A DNA stretch of 64,000 nucleotides from assembly GCF_009914755.1 (NCBI RefSeq), contig NC_060927.1. One strand, written 5' to 3'. Origin of the DNA: the human T2T-CHM13v2.0 reference genome, Homo sapiens. This document shows, piece by piece, positions 38,272 through 51,513 of this stretch. The notes under the pieces were generated by a model. That model searched no databases. It was not told the origin of the DNA and saw only the letters and a program-made list of their open reading frames with translations. Both the position numbers and the translations under genes were made by a program. Positions within the stretch are counted from its first letter, which is position 1; the number at the start of each line of letters is the position of its first letter.

Positions 38272-38875
38272 AGTAAGAAAAAAGTGTAAAGGGTCTGTTA
38301 TTTTACTCTGTTTGCAAAGTAATAACTGAGTCTGCAGTTTCTCTCTCTTTCTCACACACACACACAAACACACACACGCACACACCACTCAAGAACATAA
38401 TATTTCTGGGTCAGAGAAATCATTTTTTGCTTACGGCAAAAAGCAGCAGCTAGAGCAATAACTTGCCACAGCCTCTCATGTTCCACTTCTCACAGGGTGA
38501 GATGATAAATGCCAGATATTTATCTGCCTGTGCAATGTGTTGCTTCACAGGAGAAGAACCCCAAACTTCGGAGGCTGTGAACTTTTATTGGGGTAGTCTG
38601 GAGAGAGATTACTCATATTACCTTGGAATATAAGCAAATCTCTAGGATAGCAGAGGAAGGCATTTCTAGATTTATTTATTACTCTGGAATGTGAGGAAAA
38701 AGTCTCTGGGTGGCAGTGGGAGAGGAAAAGCTGTTACCTTTACTATTGTGAAATGTCTGTAAATTTTTCTGGAGGAATACATCATCACTAGCTTCCATAT
38801 TCAAACATATCCTTTGCTCAGAAGGCCTAGAATATGCAGGAATTCAGGATATTCATGGAAACTTGTCTCTCAACA
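38272..38875 (-). mobile_element. ERVL-class solo LTR (LTR40/41-like) containing a (CT)n(CA)n tract
   Basis: Minus strand starts tgttgagagacaagtttccatg; near the end tctctgacccagaaa...gcaaacagagtaaaataacagaccctttacac. Confidence 0.5.
38340..38386 (+). repeat. (CT)n/(CA)n microsatellite
   Basis: ctctctctttctcacacacacacacaaacacacacacgcacacac. Confidence 0.9.
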
Positions 38876-38994
38876 AAGCCTTGGCATCAATAATTCACAT
38901 GTTTTGCTGGACCACTTCTATAACCTCTGGTTTGAACTGTAGCTTATATATTTAATGAGCTATTCTTTATTTTTATTTCTTTCCTTTCTATATT

Positions 38995-39390
38995 TTGGTG
39001 AGATTATTAGCCCTAGAAAACAAAGCATGAAACAGCAGCTTAAGTCCAAGTAGTCTAATTGAAAGCATGATGTTTGGCAGCAGGAGCAAGAGATAACAGT
39101 GAGTGAAACAGGAAAGGAAGGAGGGAAAGCCAATACAAGCTTATACTTTCAAATTTCCTCCTTGTGGTTCTTCAGATATTCCATGTTCTGAGGGCAGGTG
39201 CCCTTCTGTCTTCTTGTAGCTCATGATGAATGGTAGCTGGTATGGAGTTGTATTACATCACATTGGTCACATATGTTGTTGCTTCAACTTCTTTCCCTCA
39301 CCTCCTGTTCTTGCTTCCATGCTCCCACATCAAGCGTTTTCCCCTTTACCTTGGCTTTAGGCTCTGCTTTCCAGAGGATTTGGCCAAGAC
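38995..39390. mobile_element. LTR33/LTR16-like ERVL LTR fragments (two 3' ends in opposite orientation)
   Basis: ccctagaaaacaaagcatgaaac...gtgaaacaggaaaggaaggagggaaagccaatac (minus-type) and taggctctgctttccagaggatttggccaagaca (plus-type end). Confidence 0.4.
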
Positions 39391-39499
39391 AAATATTTTG
39401 AAGTTTAAGAAACACTTCCACAAACATCATCTTACATATATCATTTTTAAATTAAGATATTTAAAAATCAAACTGATATCACGAACATAGTTGAACTAT

Positions 39500-40750
39500 T
39501 AAATTTTTTAAAGTTCTTACATAGAAAAACAGCAATCTCCTGCCCTACTGCCTCCCTGTTCTGCCAATTCAATACCCAGAGGTGCTATTTTTCAACTTTT
39601 GAGCAGTAACTTTCATTTACTTAAGTATCTGTTTTATATGTGTAAGAAGTTTCAAAAACTATCACTTTTAGGGAGTATGTCTTTACTACTTTATAGATAG
39701 CTGAGGGGTTATCACCTTTACAGTGATTAGGCTTCTTCCTTCTGCTCATCCCATTCACTGATTTGCTTTTCTTTTGATTAATAATTGCCTTATTTTTCAA
39801 TTTGCTGTTTTATGCATACCTATAATCAATTTTTCCCCAACTTTTTCTAACACAATCTACTAAATACAATAATCCTATTTCCAAGCACCCCAATATTAAA
39901 TAATATTTCAGTCTTATTTCATTTTCTTAGAAATCTCTTCTCCCGTATCTCTATCAATTTGCTCTAATCTGGAATATTTAATCTCTAGGACTAATGCACA
40001 AATGTTATCCTGGCATTTTTCTTAGTTTCTCTCCTCTGTTAGATATCCTTTTTCGTGAATCATTTCTTCCATTTTCTTGGTTTACATTTTCATTTTGCTG
40101 GCATACATTTTTAGCTTTCTTAAAAAGATCCATATTTTGAGGCCCATTGAACTAGGCATTTATAGGGCTCATCCACATTCAAAGTTGGAGAGAAAGATCA
40201 CTTGGATTTGGCTCAAATTGCTTTTACTTTGATTTATATCAAACTAGAAAACAATATTAGAAAATATATGGGATTTATATATGGTGTATAAATGTGTAAG
40301 TGTGTACAGCCCAGATTTTACTTAAAGTTTTGTGATCAATGCAGCCTGCACATAGTACACAAGCCTCAAGATCCTAAATACTACAAACTGCATGCTTGCT
40401 GCTTTTTATTCTATTAGCTTGGTAGGAGGGGTCATGTCAGCATTCAAGGGTCTGACTAATGCTTTCCTGTCTTGTAAGTTACTGTAGCATTTGGCTGGGA
40501 TCAAAACTCTTTGTTTATGTGAAAATGTTTTTATTTTCCTTGAATTCTTGATTTATAGTTTGGCTAGAGAGAATATTCTGAATTGAAAATCATTTTTCCC
40601 CCAATTTTGGATGCATGGCCTAACTTTCTTTTAACCTCCAATATTGCTCTTAAGTAATCGAATGTCATCCTCACTTTTATTCAATTCATTGTGTCATTTT
40701 TTTCCTCCACTCTTACAAATCTGTGGTCTTCCCTATAACCCACTGAGTTA
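39500..40750 (-). mobile_element. Highly decayed ancient L1 fragments
   Basis: T-rich strand with antisense ORF1-like motifs (tatagtttggctagagagaatattctgaattgaaaatcatttttccc...ctccaatattgct). Confidence 0.35.
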
Positions 40751-42109
40751 CTTCACTCACGAGCCTTCTCCAACCTCCTTCCCACCTCCATGACATTGGT
40801 AGAAGTTGCAGGGGTAGAAAGGCAGGGAACTTTCTGGTTAGATGCAAATTTATTACCTGCCGTTGGCTCTCTTCAGGAACTTTAATAAACATATTTTATT
40901 TTAAAGTGACAAATCATAATTATATATATTTATGGGGCACTTTTCATAGTTCAATAAAGTGTCTTTAGGTTTCTCTCTCTTCTATTGTTTTATATCACCA
41001 GGACTGTTCAATTCAAGAAAGATCTATATTGATCAAAAGAATATACCTGATATGTTTGACAATGAAATCCAGAGATGAATCATAGTCAGAAGTTCAGGGG
41101 TGATGGACTGATGCTCAGCACTGAGCTTGTTTAAATAGAACAACTTATGTGAAGTAAAAATGAAAATTATGGTTAAAGAACTGAATGCAAGTTTATAAAC
41201 ACTGATAATGTGGAAATAATCAACAAAAATCAGTAAGTCATGAGAAGTTTAATAATTCCTATATACCCACTTTTTAAACTAGCGCATAATAAATGAACAA
41301 TATCCTAGTCTAGTAATTAAAGAAATAATGGTTTGAGTATGTCCAAAAATTACATATGTAATCTACTTCAAAACTGATTTAATAATTAGAGATCATCCAC
41401 TGTAAGAACTCGATTATGATATTCTCTTTGGATGAAAAATTTATCAAATTATTAATGTTTCTTCTCATGTTTCCCTCCTTTTAAGGAAGAAGTATCCATT
41501 TCTTGTTATATCTGCTGCTGTAACTGTTATTCAAAACAGTTTCTTTCAGTTTCTTTATTCAAAAAGAAATTATTCAAAACAGAGTCATTGAAGAGACATT
41601 GCACTTGAGAGGATGGGCATGGCAGATGCTAAGTATCACTTGACATAGATAGAAGAATAAGGATATCATGAAACATTACATGTATCAATTTATTTTACAG
41701 ACCAATATATATTCTAATTGCTTTTAAATTATTATAGCTTTTTTATTGATATTTCCTGAATGGAAGTTCATGCTGTGATTGGGCCACAAGGGAGCTTAAC
41801 TTTAGGTGGTAAGCCTTTGCAAATACTAGCCTGTGTATTTTGTAAGATTACACTTACCAGTTTACATATATTCAATGTTTTAAGAGAAAGAAAAATGTAA
41901 GCAAAATGCTTTATTAACCTCTTCAATTGAAAAATAAAATAGTAATGTTAGCCACAAATAAGTCAACTATCATTCTTTCTTTGTTTTCCCACTTGCCATT
42001 CATAGATCTTAGTAAAAACAATTTATCTGTGCTATAAATACAGGTCTATTTATTTCTTGTACAATTGTAGGATAGAATTAATAAAGCTTTAGAGTTGTAA
42101 GGGACCTAG

Positions 42110-42218
42110 AAGTTTAAGTGACTTGTCCAAGTTCCCTCAGGTAGTTAATAGCAGAGAATGACTTAGAATTCAGGTTTTTGGGCTGATGATTTTCTTTGCA
42201 CGATAGTATGCTGTCTCT
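42110..42218 (-). mobile_element. MIR fragment
   Basis: ttaagtgacttgtccaagttccctcaggtagttaatagcagag...ttagaattcagg. Confidence 0.6.
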
Positions 42219-43124
42219 AAAGCTGTGAATCTCAAATTTTGATGCATAATATTCATTGGGAACCACTAGACAATCTTTCAGAACCGGGGTCAAATGCAGA
42301 AATAAGCATTCTTAAGAAGTACTCCAGTTGTCATAGTCCACACTTTGGGTATACATTGTCTTAAGGTTGCTTCTCTTAAAGCTGTTAGTGGTCACTTGCT
42401 TTCACAAAATATTTATATCAAATTGTTTTCAGGCCTGATTAATGATAGTGGAGTAGTTTTTGTTTTCCTCCTTGCAGAAAGAAATCAGATAAAATCTGAC
42501 CTTATTGTGTGTTATTGTAAACTTTTCAAAAGTTGAAAACTGGTTATTGTCAAAATAATTATACAAAGTGGTTATTTCACATCATGGTTGACTTGGATTA
42601 ACCTCTTTGATATGTGCACAAATTTTTAGCAGTTTAAATCATTTAAATCTCAGTCCTAGAAACTCATCTCAAATTCCTTTTCTATAGGCAGTAACAACTT
42701 TTAGGGGAATAGAATTTCTGTATATCTCATCTTCAGCATTATTTCATGTTTTTCTTCAACTGCATTATAAAACTTTATGAACCTGGGCTGTAATACAACA
42801 ATATAGTTTACAGTCCATTGGTGTTGCTGCGGTCAGTCTTCTGAGATGCCTTTGTGGACGTGATTCTGCAGATAATGGGCTGTTTCAGTTCTGCTTGAGC
42901 TTTCATTGCTATCTCCACCCCAGCAACAGCTGTGTTTTACTGTTTTCCTTTGGAATACATAAATAAAGGGGAGAACATGGGTATTCTTTTAAATATTACT
43001 TCCCAATCAATACTTGTTGTAACTAAATAGAGTGTTTGGTTGTTTCGAAAGACATTATGAAAATTCATGGCAATTTAGCATATTTTCATAAATTATATAC
43101 ATATACACAAATAGAACATATATG

Positions 43125-43198
43125 AATTATATATAAGTTATATATATATTTAATTATATAAGTTATATATATATTTAATTATATAAATTATATATATG
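43125..43198. repeat. AT-rich minisatellite, about 3 copies of a ~25-bp unit
   Basis: aattatata(ta)agttatatatatattt repeated. Confidence 0.85.
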
Positions 43199-43380
43199 GA
43201 ACATTCTCCATGACAATTCTGAATCACCTTCTGAAAGTTTTCTGTCAAATTCTAGTAAGCCTTGTTTTTGGCAAATTAACTGTTTTAGTGAAACAATCGT
43301 GTTCTTTCATAAGAAAATGGAAAATAAAACAACACAAATAAAGTCATTTAGCTTGGAAGAAGTTATAGAATTATCCAATT

Positions 43381-43603
43381 CAGAGGTTGACAAACTATGA
43401 CCTGTGTGTCCAGTCTGGTCCCCTGCATGTTATTATAAATAACGTTTTATTGGTATACAACTACTATCATTTCATTTTTCTATTGTCTGTACATGCCCAG
43501 GTTATAACAGTGGAGTTCAGTTGTTGTGAGAGATACCATATGACCTATAAAGTCTAAAATATTTATTATTTGACCCTTTATAGAAAAAGTTTGCTGAATC
43601 CTC
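43381..43603 (+). mobile_element. MER58A DNA transposon
   Basis: cagaggttgacaaactatgacctg...gttttattgg...aaagtctaaaatatttattatttgaccctttatagaaaaagtttgctga. Confidence 0.85.
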
Positions 43604-43688
43604 ATCTAACGCAATTGTTTGAAGCTTTTACAGAATTTCTGGAAAGCTTTTGAAAAAATACAGAAGTCTGGATCCTATACTTAAGGAT

Positions 43689-44067
43689 TGATATGGTTTG
43701 GCTCTGTGTCTCCACCCAAATCTCATGTCAAATTGTATTTCCCATATGCTGAAAGTGGAGCCTGCTGAAAGGTGATTGGATTATGGGGGCAGTTTCTAAT
43801 GATTTAGCACCATCCTCCTGGTGCTCTCTTGTGGTAGTTCTCACGAGCTCTGATGGTTTGAAAGTGCGTGGCAATTCCCCGCTTGCTCTCTCTCTTTCCT
43901 GCTTCCATGTAAGATGAGTCTTGCTTTCCCTTTGCCTTCCACCATGATTGTAAGTTTCCTGAGGCCCCCCCAGCCATGTGGAACTGTGAGCCAATTAAAA
44001 TTCTTTTCTTTATAAATTATCCAGTCTCAGGTAATTCTTTATAGCAGCGTAAAAGTGGACTAATACA
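43689..44067 (+). mobile_element. MSTA/THE1D-like MaLR solo LTR
   Basis: tgatatggtttggctctgtgtctccacccaaatctcatgtc...gccttccaccatgattgtaagtttcctgaggcc...ggactaataca; 5-bp TSD aggat/agtat. Confidence 0.92.
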
Positions 44068-44943
44068 AGTATTTAAATTTACTTGGTTTGGGAAGGTGCT
44101 TAGAGCTTCCTACCTAATTCAAACGTGTAGTTAGAATTGAAAACCACCAACTGACTTCTACAATAAATTACATTATTCACAAAGTACATTGCATTTTTCT
44201 GAGAGGGTAGGAGGCCAACCAGAGAGACTCAGACTTGTTAGTTATGGCCTCAGATAAAAACAAAGACATATAACTTAACTAAGGTGACTTTCATTTTTTT
44301 ATTGTTTGATCAAATAGAATTTTCATGAATGACCTGGCATGACTTGAGATGATCCTAGAGAAATTGAGCACTATGTAAAATAGATAATTGTGGTTCAGAG
44401 GAAGGAAATATTACTTTGAGTTGAAGTGTCAGAGAAGACATCACAAATGAATATCTTTAACTGTGACTAGAAGCTTCAAATACTGGTAGGATTCAATGAT
44501 GCAGACATGGGTACTGTAGATATTATATTTGTTGCATTTTTTTTTCTTCTCTGCAAGTCTGCCCTGAAGTCCAAGGAATCAGAGTTTTTCCACTGTGGCT
44601 TACCTCGCCCATTCAATTAAACAAAATGTATTAATTCAGGCACGCAGTGCCATGAAGTGTTGAGCATATCACAGAAAACAAGACAGATGTGGAGCTTGCT
44701 CTATAGAAGATCTCCATGCAGTAACAATATGGCATAATAAATGCTCCGGTGAGAGAAGTACAGGGTACCTTCAGGTCATATAGTATAGTTACCTTACTTA
44801 GCCTTGCATACTCTGAGAAATCTTTTTAGACTAAATAAATTCCAAGTTGGAACATTTTGAAAGATTGGTATGGAATAGGGTGAAATAGGGACTAGTCAAA
44901 GGTAGAAGGATGGGAAGAATAAATAAAGAAATGGTAAAAATTT

Positions 44944-46178
<1,235 letters not shown>

Positions 46179-46278
46179 AAATGGTAATAATTTGGGAGTG
46201 ATTAGCACAGAGTACAAGTTGGGTGATATTGTGGACATGAGTTGAAGAGTAAGTAAAATTCACATTTGAAGGGCTTTT

Positions 46279-46691
46279 ATTTATATGTTTATTTATTTTA
46301 AATTAATAAAAATATTTTATTGAATTTCAGGAACTTGGTATTTTTTTAAGATTTCAAATCTTTGCACACAAGTTTCCACTACACTTTCTAAAATAGTGGA
46401 AGTTAGGACATCAAGAATGTCACTTATCTTCTTGTGTCACGTAGCATAGACATCCCAAGTCCCAACACTGCCCCCTGACTCCCTTTCTGGCCATGAACCA
46501 AAGAAGAATACAAAAGGGAAGCTCACGTATGATCCAAATTAGGAAGTGCATTCCAAAGTGTATGTGGTATGATTTGGGGGTTGATTTTCCCCTCACTTCA
46601 GTATAGTATGCTCATGGACAGGTGATCTCTTTAAATTTCTATCCATTTCCATCATTGTCCTCTGCTACAATAATAGAGTAGTTGGTAGTCA
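46279..46691 (-). pseudogene. Processed (retrotransposed) copy of the 3' end of an unidentified polyadenylated transcript
   Basis: 12-bp TSD tgaagggctttt at 46267-46278 and 46692-46703; minus-strand AATAAA at 46316-46321, 16 nt before a decayed A-tail (46275-46299); L1-endonuclease-type site TTT/AAAA; body not recognisable as a repeat. Confidence 0.7.
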
Positions 46692-49600
46692 TGAAGGGCT
46701 TTTTAAATGCCATGTTGAGGAGTGTGGAGTTTCTACAAAACAATAGGAGACCCTAAAAGTGTGGAACTGTGGAATGACAAATCAGACGGCAAATGTATTA
46801 TTATGCTGATATGTGGGGGAAAGATTTAAGAAGGGGCAGGCCTTGAGATAAGAAATTCAATTATGTGTCTGATATAGTATTTCAAGACACTGGTCCAATG
46901 AAGCACAGTGGTAACAACAGTGAAAGAGATAAGCAGACGAGTTTCAAAGATAATCTGGAGGTGCAATAGATACAGGATATGGAGATTGTTTATGTATTGC
47001 ATATGAAGAAAGAATCATCAGGGATGACAGAAGATCTGGCTCCATCTTTGCCCCAAAAAAATAATTTGGATTGTGTAATATTGACTTATGGAATTTACTA
47101 CTTCAGTATTATATCTCTCTTGCCTCCAACTCTGCTACTAAAATAACCATAAAAAAACCCTCTGGCTCTACTGAGACCACCAATACAAAGTCAATTTGCT
47201 TCATGACCCTTGAGGAGAGGGTTGATTTGGAGGATTACATTTTGTAATTCACTGGGGGCTCATGCTGAAATGAACTGTGACACATTCACAACTATCTTAA
47301 TATTGCAAAATGTAGAAGGAAAAAATATTTGCATACCTCTGTCTGCCAACCTTGGACGAGAAACCCCTTTCACCTTAAAAATCCATTCATCCTTCCAAAT
47401 GATCCCATTTAATATATGACTCATTCATTCAACTGCCATACTTGAAACATTTAAAGGATCCATGGGCCATTTACTTCTTTTAGAGATTGTTAGCAATGGT
47501 ATCTTGGGGATTTATGCTTCCTTTACCATGTTTCGTGAACTGTGAGGTGGGTCTTTGCTATCATTTATCCTAGTCCTGGAAAAGCAACAGCAAGAATAAG
47601 AGAAAAATAGTAAGGGAGGCAATGTTTGTATTTATTGTTTGTACACTGAGCATTGGCAAAACAGTATTCTGCATTCAAATGATAAATATTCAGCAAGGGA
47701 TGTATCAGGCATAGAATTACCAAGTGAAATGAATAGGTTTTATCTGTATTCACATTGATTCCAGGTTAGTCATACATCATCTTTATTTAAAATAGCACAT
47801 GGCTTGCTATGAAAGCAATGTGTTCCTGCATTCTTTTTGTATAACTCACTGCACTTTGACTCCATGTATTGTAAAGTTTTCTCTCTCACTTTCATAGCCA
47901 AACATTAAATGTAAGTCGTTGTGGGGATTGGAACTAGCTGAAATTAGCTATCCTATTTTAAAAATGTAATTTATTCTTTCCTTTGCTGTTTTTTCCTACT
48001 AGACTGTAAAGTCCTCTGTAATATCACAAATTACTTCCTCTCCGTATGCTAATTTCTTACCCAGTTCCCAACCATAGTAGTTATTTGATCTGTACTTAAA
48101 AATTTTTATTAAATTCCCTTTTCTACCCAGTCTCACACTGAACTCTCTTAAAGGCTCTCTGTGTCTTTAGGTGTCTTATGTTAAATCATTTTTCTTTCTC
48201 TTTATGATGTTGCTTCTCTTAACACCTAGTCTGAAGCTTTTTCAGAGTCATTACACTTTGGGAGGGTTTTGACCTACCTGAGTTTGAAATGTTGCTACCA
48301 CTAACACATCTGTACTTGGCATTTCCAAAAGCAGTAAAAGATTTCAATAATTTTTGTGTAATAATTTCAGATTGTAGGAAAAAATTTATCTGAAGGAAAG
48401 GTAGGTGAAATTCTCTAGCCAACATTTCTTTATTGGGTGCTCTGTGTCCTCTGATCCTAGAAGCCCAGCCTCTATGGCTCTGTGACTAGCAGGTATTGGT
48501 AGATCAATGGCTAAGACCCCAGGACCTGCTAAAAGCCTAGAAATAACTGACAGAAATTGCTGTCTTCTCCTGCCTCTCTAAACTTTAAAAAGCCAGCAAA
48601 GAATGTGATCTTTCGGGATGGGAGGGCAAGATGGCAACCTAGATGCAGACAAGTGAAACAGCTCCCACGGAGGGACTGAGACAACTGGCGTGCTTTATAC
48701 AGATCTTCAGAGGGAAGGCACTGAGAGTGGGCGGAGGGAAGACACGGAAGCTGGGCTGAAGAGGAAGCTGGGAACCCCACAAGGGCTGCTGAGCACTGGG
48801 GCTCATTTTTGAACCACAATAGCTCTGAGGGTGCAGGTTAGTCGAACTGGTAAGGAGCAACCCGCTCTCACCAGGGGGTCAGGAACCCTGGCAGAAGGGA
48901 ACCCCTCTACCATCATGGACACTTCAGGTGGCAAGGAGAGCTGCTTAGAGAAGTGGTGGGGCAGCAAGCTACTGATGTGGAGCCCAGAGGGTTTGGTGCA
49001 GGAGCATCTGCAGTGAAGCATGGCCAGGGACAGCCATGCCCCTAGTCTCAACTTGTTCTCATAAGAGACTTTAGCCTTAGGGAACTGTTGGACCTGATCT
49101 TTGCAGAGTGGTCTTGGACATCAGATGGGGCTGGTCCAGCCTGAGCACTCTTTGGTCTGCTGGCCTCTTCTGGGGACACAGTCTGGCCATGGTTGCTTAC
49201 AGGGCAGTCTCGGGTGCCCTGGGGGCCCACACCATAGCTTCTGTGCCAGTGGACAGTGCCTGACATGTGGAGAGTTCTAGTGAGGTGGCCCCTAGCGCTG
49301 CGCACCGGCTGCAGCTTTTTCTTCCCCGTACTGCAGCTTTCTCCAAGCCCACAGCAACTCCCTACATCGCTTTACTGGCACATATCTGCATGGGCGGGTT
49401 TTGCTTTACTTGCTCTGGCAGCACAAGTGAGTGTGCTGTCCCCCCACTCCCGCTCTCCACAGAAGGCCATTGCTGATGGAGCCTTGGCAGGCACAAAACC
49501 ACCAAGCCTTGCCCCACCAGCTAACACCGTGCAGAGAACAGGGGATCCTCCCACTCTCTGAGCTATCATTCCAGCTTGCAGAGCACAGAGAAGGCACCCA

Positions 49601-51308
49601 GACCTGTACCGTCCAGCACTCTACCCGAAGCCAACACCACTCTAGTGCAACAACACATGTAGTCTCCAGCAGGGGCCCCTTGCTCACCAACCCCCAGCTG
49701 CCTTGCCACCCCCACTTTGGTGCATGCCTTCAAGGAGACAGGCAGCCCTGTATCTGCTAGCATACTGTTGAAGCTGCCGCATATCAGCTCCCCCAGCGCA
49801 GGGAACCCTAAACCTTGAGGAGCCAGAGAACAAAGTTGGGGCCCAATAAAAATCTCCCAGAGTTACAGCACACAGTCAAGGAGTTGGGAACTAAGTGTTG
49901 GCCCTCTAAAATCTCCCAGAAACAAAGCCAGTTGGCTGAATCCACCTTATACCACAATCAAACCCTCAAGGTCATCAAATAGGATAAAAGAAAAAAACGC
50001 CCATCTAAAGGTCAGCAGTCTCAAAGATTAAAAATAGATAAGCCCACAAAGATGAGAAAGAGTCAACATAAGAATGCTGAGAACTCAAAAAGCCTGAGTG
50101 CCTTCTTTTCTCCAGATAACCTCATCACCTCCCCACCAAAGGTTCAGAAAGAGGTTGAAGCTGAGATGGCTAAAATGACAGAAGTAGCATTCAGAATATA
50201 GATAAAAGTGAAGATCATTGAGATACAGGAGTACATTGAAACCCAATGGAAGGAAGGTAAAAATCATAATATTAATAAAACATTGCAGAAGCTGACAGAT
50301 AAAGTAGCCAGTATAGAGAAGAATGTAACTGACCTGATAGAGCTGAAAAACACACTACAGGAATTTCACAATGCAAACACAGGTATTATTAGCAGAATAG
50401 ACAAAACAGAGGAAGAATCTCTGAGCTTTAAGACTGGCTTTCTGAAATAAAAAAGGCAGACAAGAATAGAGAAAAAGAATGGGAAAGAATGAACAAAACT
50501 TCTGAGAAGTATGAGATTATGTAAAGAGATTCGATCTATGACTGATTTGTGTACATGAAAGAGGTAGGGAGAATGGAACCAACTGGGAAAGCATATTTCA
50601 GGATATCATCCATGAGAATGCACCCAACCTAGCTAGAGAGGCCAACATTCAAATTCAGGAAATGCAGGGAACCCCAGTCGGATACTTTACAAAGATAATC
50701 CCCAAAACACATAATCATCAGATTCTCCAAGATCAAAATGAAAGAAAAAATGTTATGGGCAGCTAGGAAGAAAGGTCAGGTCACCTACATAAGGAAGCCC
50801 TTCAGACAAACAGCGGACCTCTTATCCAAAACCCTACAAGCCAGAAGAGATTGGAAGCCAGTATTCAACATTCTTAAAGAAAATAAATTCCATACCAGAA
50901 TTTCGTATCTGGACAAACTAAACTTCATAAGCAAATGGGAAAGAAGATCCTTTTCAGACAAGCAAATGCTGAGGGAATTCATATCTACCAGATCTGCCTT
51001 ATAAGAACTCCTGAAGGAAGCAGTAAATATGGAAAGGAAAGAGCATCAGCAACCACTACAAAAACACACTGAAGTACACAGACTAGAGACACTATAAAGC
51101 AACCACATAAACAAGTCTTCAAATTAACCAGCTAATATCATGATGACAGGATCAAGTCCACACATATCAACACTTACCTTAAATGTAAATGGTCTAGATG
51201 CCCCAATTAAAAGATACAGAGTAGCAAGCTGGATAAAGAAGAAAGACCCATTGGTAGGCTGTCTTCAAGAGACCCATCTCACATGCAATGCACATGGGCT
51301 TAAAATAA

Positions 51309-51476
51309 CACTGGGGCCTGTCATGGGGTGGGGGGAGGGGGGAGAGATAGCATTAGGAGATATACCTAATGTAAATGACGAGTTAATGGATGCAGCACAC
51401 CAACATGGCACATGTATATGTATGTAACAAACCTGCACCGTTGTGCACATGTACCCTAGAACTTAAAGTATAATAA

Positions 51477-51513
<37 letters not shown>
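51309..51513 (+). mobile_element. L1PA5-like 3'UTR fragment with (TAAA)n tail, nested in the L1 endonuclease region
   Basis: cactggggcctgtcatggggtggggg...gtaaatgacgagttaatgg...accctagaacttaaagtataataat; host resumes aagatggagaaaaatctaccaag. Confidence 0.92.

Noticed and set aside
40895-40940. About 45-bp L1MA-like extreme 3' end
   Set aside because: Too short and AT-rich to support, and no clear TSD
48529-49763. Second cluster of overlapping ORFs on both strands
   Set aside because: L1 5'UTR of the second element; same artefact
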